Shown one piece after another: positions 56,431 through 64,000 of a DNA stretch of 64,000 nt (the stretch's first letter is position 1; the number at the start of each line of letters is the position of its first letter). Position numbers and translations under genes: made by a program. The DNA is from an uncultured Chloroflexia bacterium (GTDB lineage: Bacteria; Chloroflexota; Anaerolineae; CG2-30-64-16): assembly GCA_963810095.1 (NCBI GenBank), contig CAWEMM010000006.1:640001-704000 (forward strand), given 5' to 3'. The notes beneath the pieces are model-generated. The model was not told the origin of the DNA and searched no databases. It worked only from the letters and a program-made list of their open reading frames with translations.

Positions 56431-57195
56431 ATGGCGAGCGCGCACCAGGCCGGCTGGCTTGACACCCTGTCTTCCGCCGGCCGCCATCTCCTCGACCTGC
56501 TTTATCCGCCCCAGTGTCCTGGGTGCGGCCGGGTGGGCGTGCTCTTCTGCAACACCTGCCGCTGCCTGGTTCAGAGCTACCCCGACCACGCGTGCCGCCG
56601 GTGCGGTGGCCTCCAGGTTTCCGGCGGCCTCTGTCCGGCGTGCCGCTCCACCGCATGGCCGCTCGAGGCCATCTTCCCCGCCACGCTCTTCGTCCACCCC
56701 ATCCGCAAGGCTATCCATGCGTTCAAGTATGAAGGCGTTGCCGACCTTGCCGGGCCGCTGGCCGGCTGGCTGGCCGCAACATGGCGCCTGCACGGGATCG
56801 AGGCCGACCTCATCGTGCCCGTCCCACTGCACCGGAAGCGCGAAGCGGAGCGCGGGTATAACCAGTCGGCCTTGCTGGCCCGCGAATTGAGCCGCGCGTG
56901 GGCGTGCCCGCCGAGCCCGCCTGCCTCATCCGGGCGGTGCGCACCCGGCCCCAGGTCGGGCTGAGCCGGGACGAACGCCGGGCCAATATTGCGGGCGCGT
57001 TTCGGTGTGCGGGCGAAGTTACTGACTTGCGCATCGTCCTGGTCGATGATGTGTGCACGACGGGAGCAACGCTCGAAGCGTGCGCGGCAGAACTGCGAGC
57101 GTCGGGGCGCGCCAGGTCGTCGGCCTGCCGTGGCCCGCCCAGGTTTTGAGATCAGCAGCGCGCCCTTCCCGGCGGACGATCCTGCGCTTGGCTAA
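56431..57195 (+). CDS. comF: ComF family protein (frameshifts)
   Basis: LLYPPQCPGC zinc ribbons, PVPLH, RGYNQS and LVDDVCTTGATL motifs. Confidence 0.9.
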
Positions 57196-57274
57196 CGGGC
57201 CCGCGGTGGCCCGGCAGGGACCGCAGACGGGCTTCCGTATAGCTAACGCTGGCCCAACGTATAGTGAAAAGCGA

Positions 57275-57303
57275 TTGACTTTTGAAATGACCCGCACTAC
57301 AAT
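57275..57303 (+). promoter_or_regulatory. Sigma70 promoter upstream of hpf
   Basis: TTGACT-N17-TACAAT. Confidence 0.7.
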
Positions 57304-57462
57304 CGGGCCATCCACAGTCCGGCGGCGCATCGGACCCAAGCGCACGGAATCCTGCACTTCGCCGCTGGCAGGGTAACCGCTGGTAGCGGCGCCAACGCTG
57401 TTGGCACCCGCCGAGATGGCGTCCGATTCGCCCCGCCCCGATTACGGAAAGGAGCTAACGGT

Positions 57463-58032
57463 ATGCAACTCACCATCACCGGCAAGAACATCGAGATCAA
57501 CGACACACTCCGCAGCTACGTGGAAAGGAAGATCGGCCGGTTAGATCGCTACTTACCCAATGTCATCGACGGACGAGTGGAACTCGAGAAAGCTGAGGGC
57601 GCCCGGGCGGCCGAGGACCGCCAGGTGGCCCAGGTCACCCTCCGGACGAAGAACGCGGTGCTGCGCGCCGAGGAGGCCTCCAACGACATCTTCGCCTCAA
57701 TCGACGCCGTGGTCGAGAAGATGCAGCGCCAGGCCGACCGGTACAAGAACAAGCGGCGGGCGAAGCGCGTCGAAACCGCGCAGCAAATCGAGGCGGCATC
57801 GGTGCAGCGCGAGTTGGGAGGGCCGGAGGACGAACTCGACGAAGAGCGCCCGGCCGTGTCGCGCGTCAAGCGGTTCCACATGATCCCGATGGATGAGGAA
57901 GAAGCGATCGCGCAGATGGAGTTGCTCGGCCACGATTTCTACGTGTTCTTCAACGTCAACCAGAACCAGCTCAACGTGCTCTACCGCCGCCGCAACGGCG
58001 AGTACGGCCTGATCCAGCCCGAACTGGCATGA
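57463..58032 (+). CDS. hpf: Ribosome hibernation promoting factor (long HPF)
   Basis: ITGKNIEI...; C-terminal PMDEEEAIAQMELLGHDFYVF...YRRRNGEYGLI. Confidence 0.95.
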   Translation: MQLTITGKNIEINDTLRSYVERKIGRLDRYLPNVIDGRVELEKAEGARAAEDRQVAQVTLRTKNAVLRAEEASNDIFASIDAVVEKMQRQADRYKNKRRAKRVETAQQIEAASVQRELGGPEDELDEERPAVSRVKRFHMIPMDEEEAIAQMELLGHDFYVFFNVNQNQLNVLYRRRNGEYGLIQPELA

Positions 58033-58164
58033 ACTGACCGACCGGGTCGGGCAGCGGCGACCTCCTCGCCCTCCCGCCGTCCCGTGAATTGCCCCTGGAT
58101 AGTGGCGCAGGCTCGTTGATTTGCCGGCCGGCGTCCTCTCCGGGGGCATTTGTTGGAGCCTTCC

Positions 58165-58635
58165 TTGAAGACCATTCTCTTCGTCTGTACCGCCAACATC
58201 TGCCGTTCGCCGATGGCCGCCGGCGCTCATGCGCGACCGTATCGCGAAAGCCGGGCTGGACTCGGAGGTCCAGGTGCTCTCGGCGGGCGTCTGGGCCGAG
58301 CCGGGCAGCCGGGCCAGCACGAACGCGGCCGCGGTCCTGCGCCGCGCGGCATCGACCTGGCGGAGCACCGCTCGCAACCCCTGACCTACGCCCTGCTCAA
58401 GGAAGCGGACATCATCCTGGTGATGGAAGAGGCGCACCGCCGCTCGATCTTCTACATGGCGCCCGAGGTGCTCGCGAAGGTCTACCTGCTGACCGAGATG
58501 GCCGGGGGGCATGACGACGTGGCGGACCCGTTCGGCGGGACGCTGGATGAGTACGCGGCGACTGCGGACGAACTTGCGGCGCTGATCGACAAGGGGCTGC
58601 CCAAGATCCTGAAGCGGATCGGGATCGCGGCCTAG
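58165..58635 (+). CDS. Low molecular weight protein-tyrosine phosphatase (frameshifts)
   Basis: VCTANICRSPMA P-loop; DVADPFGG. Confidence 0.88.
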   Translation: MKTILFVCTANICRSPMAAGAHARPYRESRAGLGGPGALGGRLGRAGQPGQHERGRGPAPRGIDLAEHRSQPLTYALLKEADIILVMEEAHRRSIFYMAPEVLAKVYLLTEMAGGHDDVADPFGGTLDEYAATADELAALIDKGLPKILKRIGIAA

Positions 58636-58666
58636 GAAAAGGTGACTTGTCCGAAGAAACCCGGGT

Positions 58667-59434
58667 CTACGCCGGCCGCTTCACCAGGTACCAGTGCGGC
58701 ATGAAGCCGTAGTAGAACCCCAAGAGCGCCGCCAGCTTCAGCCCGACCCACCCGTCGCGCCAGCCCTCCAGCTTCACATACCGCCGCCAGAACTCGCGCA
58801 GCGGCTGCCGGATGAACTTGTGCGGCCAGGGCTTCACGCCCCGCTCGCGCAGGATGCCTGACTCGAGGGCCGCGTAACGCCGCTGCTTGGCGTGAAACTG
58901 ACCCCAGTCATCATAGTTGTAGTGCACCATCGGCTGCTGCAGGTGGCCGCAAGCGCCCTCCAGCAGCACGACCTCGTGAACCGGCCGGGCCGGGTCGTAA
59001 CGTGCGGCATCGCGGCGCAGCAGGCGCAGCTGGTAGTCGGGATAGAAGCCGCCGTGGCGCACCTGGTGTCCGGCGATGAAGTTGTGCCGCGGCACCCACC
59101 AGCCGGCCTCGGCGCGGTCCAGCACACTCCGCACCTCGGCGGCCAGCGGCTCCGGGATCCGCTCGTCAGCATCCACAAAGAAGATCCACTCGGCGTCGAC
59201 CGCCTCCAGCGAGGCGTTACGCTGGCCTGCGAAATTATCAAAGGGCCGCTGCAGCACGTCGGCGCCGGCCGACCGAGCCAGGGCAACTGTCCCGTCCGTG
59301 CTGTACGAGTCCGAAACGACGACCCGATCGGCAAAACGCAGCGTCTCGATGCAGGCTCCGATGTGATTCTCGACGTTCTTCGTCAGGATCACGGCTGCCA
59401 GCCGCACCCGAGTTGAGCCGGTCTCCGTCCTCAT
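58667..59434 (-). CDS. Glycosyltransferase family 2
   Basis: DSYSTDGT, FVDADE and YPDYQLRL motifs. Confidence 0.9.
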   Translation of the reverse strand: MRTETGSTRVRLAAVILTKNVENHIGACIETLRFADRVVVSDSYSTDGTVALARSAGADVLQRPFDNFAGQRNASLEAVDAEWIFFVDADERIPEPLAAEVRSVLDRAEAGWWVPRHNFIAGHQVRHGGFYPDYQLRLLRRDAARYDPARPVHEVVLLEGACGHLQQPMVHYNYDDWGQFHAKQRRYAALESGILRERGVKPWPHKFIRQPLREFWRRYVKLEGWRDGWVGLKLAALLGFYYGFMPHWYLVKRPA

Positions 59435-60453
59435 TTCTGTTCTCCCTGAGCGAAGATCCGTCGCACGGCCTCCGCAGTCTCGATGCGTCCGCGTTCCTCG
59501 ACCGCGTCGATCTCTCCGCGGCTGCCGCGCCTGCCGCTGCCCGGCGGACGTCGGCGCGCATGCCCAGCCGGACGATCTGGCCCGCGGCAAAGCGTTTGAG
59601 CGGGCCGTAGAAGCGGGCGTAAAGTTTGCGCCGGCTCCGCCACAGGTTCAGGACCGACTGGCTGCGAAACTGCCGGGTGCTCGCGCCGCCGTGATGGATC
59701 ACCCGTGCGGCCGGTACGCAATAGAACGGCCACCCCGCGCGCTCGCATGCGCCAGCACCAGTCGACCTCTTCCGCGTACATGAAATAGCCTTCGTCCAGC
59801 AGCCCGGCCGCTTCGATCGCCTCTCGCCGCACCATCAGCGCCGCGCCGAGCGCAAACTCGATGGGAAACGGGCTGCCCGCGTCGTACAGCGAGCGCGGGT
59901 AGCGGCCGTTGAGCCGGGAGTCGAGCAGCCGGGCCGGCCGGGGCGGAAACAGGTCGAACCAGAGCTGAAGCAGGCCGGGGAACGCGAACGCGCCGTGCTG
60001 AAACCGGCCGTCGGGGTACTGGAGTTGTGCGCCCGCGCCCCCGGCGGCGGGATGCTCGACCAGGAAGCGAGCCATCTGCCCGATCGCGTCGCCGGTGGGT
60101 TCCGCGTCCGGGTTGAGCAGCAGGACGAGGTCAGGGGAAGCGCTTCCGGCAGCCTCGCTCGCCGGCGTCGGAGGTTTCCCGCTCACGGAGAACCGCCAGT
60201 TCCGCGCAGGACCAGGTTATTCCCGCCGGCAAAACCCAGGTTGTCGTCCCGTGCGATCAGCCTCGCCTGCGGAAACTCGGCCGCCACCATCTCCGCGCTG
60301 CCGTCGCCCGAGGCGTTGTCCACCACCCACACCGTCGCATCCAGCTCAGGGCTGGCGGCGAGGCTGGCATAGGTGGCAGCGCAGGCACGCACGCAGCAAG
60401 TCGCGCACCTTGTAGCTCACCACGATCACCGCGAGGGCGGTCCGCGGGGTCAC
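59431..60453 (-). CDS. GT2 glycosyltransferase, rhamnosyltransferase-like (frameshifts)
   Basis: VVDNASGDGS, NLGFAGGNN, LLNPD, FMYAEEVDWC and IHHGGAST motifs. Confidence 0.85.
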
Positions 60454-61770
60454 GGCACGCCGACGTTGACGCTGATGCGGTCCACGGCGTCGTTCGCCAC
60501 GTTGACCTGCTCGTGGATCAGCCCGCCCCACCAGAACTGGGTGCCGACTGGCGGGCACGGCATCCATCTCGATGCAGCCGCCGGTCTGCCCCCGCTTGCC
60601 GGGCAGCAGGTAATACTGTTCCTGGCCGTCGATGATGCGCTTCTCGAGGTCTTCGGGCCGGCCAATCGCCCACCGGAAGGGGAAGTCGACGCCGGTCGAG
60701 TCGAAGTTGACGCCGAAGCGCCACGTGCCGGCCTGCTGGAGCCACGACTTCTCTGCTTCGCGCACGGCCAGGGTGTTGTAGTTTTCGCTGAACTTGTACG
60801 TCTGTCCGGGCCAGGGGCCCGAGGTGCGGATGGGAACATTGCCGTCGTTCTGCACGGTGGCGGTGAAGCAGAAGGTGTTGCCCAGGAGCACACTCACGAC
60901 CCTGTTGACGTCGCCCTGCCAGTCGATCTCGCCACCGACGATGTTCGCCCGCGGCTTGCCGCCCTCCTTGATGGTCAGCGTCGACGAAACGACGACGTGG
61001 TTGCCGACCTTGTCCTCTGCGTCCGCGTAGACAGCGTAATCGCCGTCGGGGGGCGGCTCGGCGCCCAGGTCGACGCCGCCGTCGTAGTCGTACCCGTGAT
61101 AGCCCGCCTTCCCCGTCTGCGACACAGACTTGGTCGGGTCTTCGGCGATCGGATAGCGCAGCAGTTGCTGACCCGCAGGCGGCTTGACGGGCTTGAGATA
61201 GACGTCGACGCGGGCGGCGTCCTTCAGAAGATAATAGGAGACGGCGACCCGATCATGAATGCCGTCCTGGTTGGGCGTGAACTCCTGGGGAATCACGGTG
61301 AAGTTGTGGATCTCGGGCAGCGCGGGGTCGCCGCCCGAGATGGTGATCTTGCCCTCCGCCTTGTCCGAGCGGCCGGAAGGCTCGACCGCTTCGATGACCC
61401 AGGTATAGTCGCCGTCGGGCAGCACCTGGCTCTCCACCAGCATCGCCCCGCCCTCGACCTGGCGCACTTCGGGATCATTGGTCGTGCCGCCCCAGTAGAC
61501 CTTGTAATCCCCGCGCGAGCGGCGTTCGTTGTTGCGGAAGTAGTGGCGCTGGCCCTGCGCGTCGACAAAGTAGATCGACACGTTGGCAGGCCGGCCGATC
61601 GTGTATTGGAGCAGGGTGACGTCGTCCTTGCCGTCCGCGTTGGGCGAGATGACCTCGGGCCGCACGGTCGCACCGGAGAGCAGCGGCCGGAAAGCGCACG
61701 CGCTCAGCAGGAGCGTTGCGCCGGCCAGGATGAACACCAGGGAAAACCAACGACGGGTCAGGACCCGCAT
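60450..61770 (-). CDS. Lipoprotein with two FlgD-Ig-like repeats (frameshift near the end)
   Basis: LLLSAC lipobox; ISPNADGKDD and FTPNQDGIHD repeats with PDGDY. Confidence 0.75.
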
Positions 61771-61904
61771 GAGAGGACCTCCATTGCAGATAGCCTCGCC
61801 AGTCTAGCAGATGGCCGCGACCTGGGCAAACAGGGCTAAGGCACGCGGTGCGGTTCACGTATATCCGGGCGGGCTGGAACACGAAGCCACGAATGCTATC
61901 GCCG

Positions 61905-61985
61905 CGCCCTTCGTGCCTTCGCCCTCTGCCTTTCGCGCCCTTAGCGCTTCGCGCTTCACGCCCTTCGTCCACCTTCGTCTTCGTT
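61905..61985. repeat. Short degenerate tandem repeat (CTTCGxGCC-like)
   Basis: cccttcgtgccttcgccctctgcctttcgcgcccttagcgcttcgcgcttc; similar to 19875-19952. Confidence 0.5.
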
Positions 61986-62026
61986 CCAACTCCCCCGTGC
62001 TTGCCACGCAAGCCTCACCTGGGTAC

Positions 62027-63971
62027 TCAGGGCGTGCTCTGAACCGGGATTGGCCCCAGCCTGACCCGCTTGCCCGCGGGGTTGTCGGCCACATCGCGGA
62101 CGTCCAATCCTTCGGGCGCGTGGGTGCATAGACGCCCAGCGAGACGTAGTAGTCGCCCTGGGCGCCCGCGGGCAGCGGCAGCGGGTAGCGGCCGAAGAGC
62201 GGCCGGCCCACGGGCCAGCGGGTGGCAGGGTAATCGTAGCCCGCCGGGCGCCCATCCCAGCGGCCGATGGGATTGCCGGCCGCATCCTCCAGGATCAGCG
62301 ACACCTGGTAGTCCTCGGGCAGGGTGTTGAGCGCCTGCCAGTAGACCGTCAACTCGCTGTCGAGCGGGTCGTCCCAGCCCAGCAGCGCGAGCTTGTGATC
62401 GAAGTTTGCGCCCTGCGACATGATCGGGTGCGGGCTGGGTCGCATAGGCCGCGTCCGGCCGCAGCTTCCAGTGGCCGCAGGCCCAGGTGCCAGAATGACC
62501 GGCCCAGCGGGATTTCCTCGCCTGCCCCGTCCAGAAAATAGGGTGCGAAGCCGACCGGGTCGACCACCTCGTTCTGCCACTCAACCAGCCACGCGCCGCG
62601 CAGGCCCGCCAACCCCTGCGCAAGCTCCGAGCCGGTGTCAAAGCCCAGGACGGCATTGACGTCCAGAACGTCGATTGGCGGCAGGCGCACAGGCCGGATA
62701 TCGGGCGCATAGTAGTCCCACGCGGGGGCCGCGTGGCCCGAGACCAGCACCACCCGCTCATCCGGCCCAATGTTCGCCCGCACATACGCCGCCAGCTCGC
62801 GCCACTGCGCCTTCGTAAATGCCGGGTCGCCGAACCAGTTGCCGATACCCACGATGGAAGTGACCAGCACAGGCGCCAGGATCAGCGCAGGCACTGCTGC
62901 GAACACGGGGCCCCCTTCGCGGCCCGGCCGAACCAGGCTGCAGCGCCGCCGCCCAGCAGGAGGAAGTAAGCCGGCGAAACGAGCATCAGATAGCGGGGGT
63001 TGAACTTCGGGTTCCGCGACGCCAATACCAGCACTAATGCTGCGGGGATGACGAGCACCAGGACGAGCAGGGTTGCCCGGCCGCGGTGATGGGCGAGCCA
63101 CAGGCCGGCAAGGGCGACGACGAGCGCGAGGCCGAACCAGGCCAGCCACCGCACCGCGTCGCGTTTCGAGCATGGTTTCCGGCGCACCCGTGGTGAAGCT
63201 GAGAGCAATGTGCCGCAACGCTTCGCCCAGCTTCAACTGCCCCTGCCAATACGAGGCGTCGACCCGGTAGCGGGTCAGCATGGCGGGCAGCCAGGGCAGG
63301 TAACCGAGCGCGATCGCGGCGAAACCGGCGAGCAGCCACGTCCAGCGCCGCCCGAGCCGCTGCCATCCCCGCCGCGCCTGGCAGAAGGAGTGCCACGCCC
63401 GCACACAGCCCGTAGGCAACCAGCAGAAACAGCGCGAAGTAATGCGTGTAAAGCGCGGCCACGCCCGCCAGCACGAACGTAAGCCACCAGGAAGCCCGGT
63501 TGCTCTCCATCGCCCGCCACAGCCCGTAACCGGCCAGCGCTCCGAAGAACACGAGCTGCGTGTACATCCGGGCTTCCTGGCCGTAGTACAGGTAGAGTGG
63601 GGAGACCGCCGCCAGCAGAGCGACCAGCGCGGCCGCCAGCGTCTTCCCGCGCAGGCCGAAAAGCCGGCGCCCGCGCGCTCCACAGCAGCGCGACCGTCAG
63701 CAGCCCAAACGCAACGGACGGGAATCGCAAGGCCCATTCACTGTTCCCGGCGAGCCTCGTCCAGCCGCTCAACACATAGTAGTACAGCGGGGGCTGGATG
63801 TCGTTGGCCGTCCACCGCGTCAGCTCGGCCAGCCCCTTCGCCGCCACCTGCGCGCTGACTGCCTCGTCGTACCACAGGCTCTGCGCCGCTAGCCGGTAGA
63901 GGCGCAGGCCGAAGGCAAGCGAGCAGGACGACCAGGCAGAGGAAAACGCGGTTTCTGCGCCGGCCCGTCAC
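62027..63971 (-). CDS. GT39/ArnT-like membrane glycosyltransferase (many frameshifts)
   Basis: QSLWYDE, DIQPPLYY, EARMY, LYTHY and FNPRY segments. Confidence 0.8.
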
Positions 63972-64000
63972 ATCATTCCTGAGAGGCGCATCATTCCTGG

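Noticed and set aside
60130-60200. In-frame insert in GT2 as another palindromic element
   Set aside because: Only weak inverted symmetry, and it coincides with a frameshift, so it cannot be supported.

Overview
High-GC bacterial chromosomal window; gene content and order suggest Chloroflexota (Anaerolineae-like), which is an inference. Many genes are split by single-base frameshifts, most likely long-read assembly errors. Contents from left to right: gmd and rmd-like genes; a SnoaL-GNAT fusion; a SAM-I riboswitch-led minus-strand cluster (mtnA, GT39-like glycosyltransferase, orphan DNA methyltransferase, adenosine kinase-like PfkB, ahcY, metK); a five-heme cytochrome c; a secreted HYR protein with four near-identical 243-bp repeats; a two-component system; pyrG-yebC-ruvC-ruvA-trmH; a radical SAM/HhH gene with a candidate LexA box; a BY-kinase; GH20; ADP-forming acyl-CoA ligase; iscS-mnmA; nnr and a ccmC-like gene; a tandem thioredoxin; S8 and M6 proteases; a small unannotated Flp-like pilin next to comF; hpf; LMW-PTP; and a glycosyltransferase cluster. 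The most striking unexplained signal is a dense set of several short palindromic (REP/MITE-like) families. They occupy almost every gene junction, and several copies sit in frame inside coding sequences (GT39 twice, mtnA C-terminus, ruvC N-terminus), resembling Rickettsia palindromic elements. No rRNA, tRNA, CRISPR array or transposase was seen.
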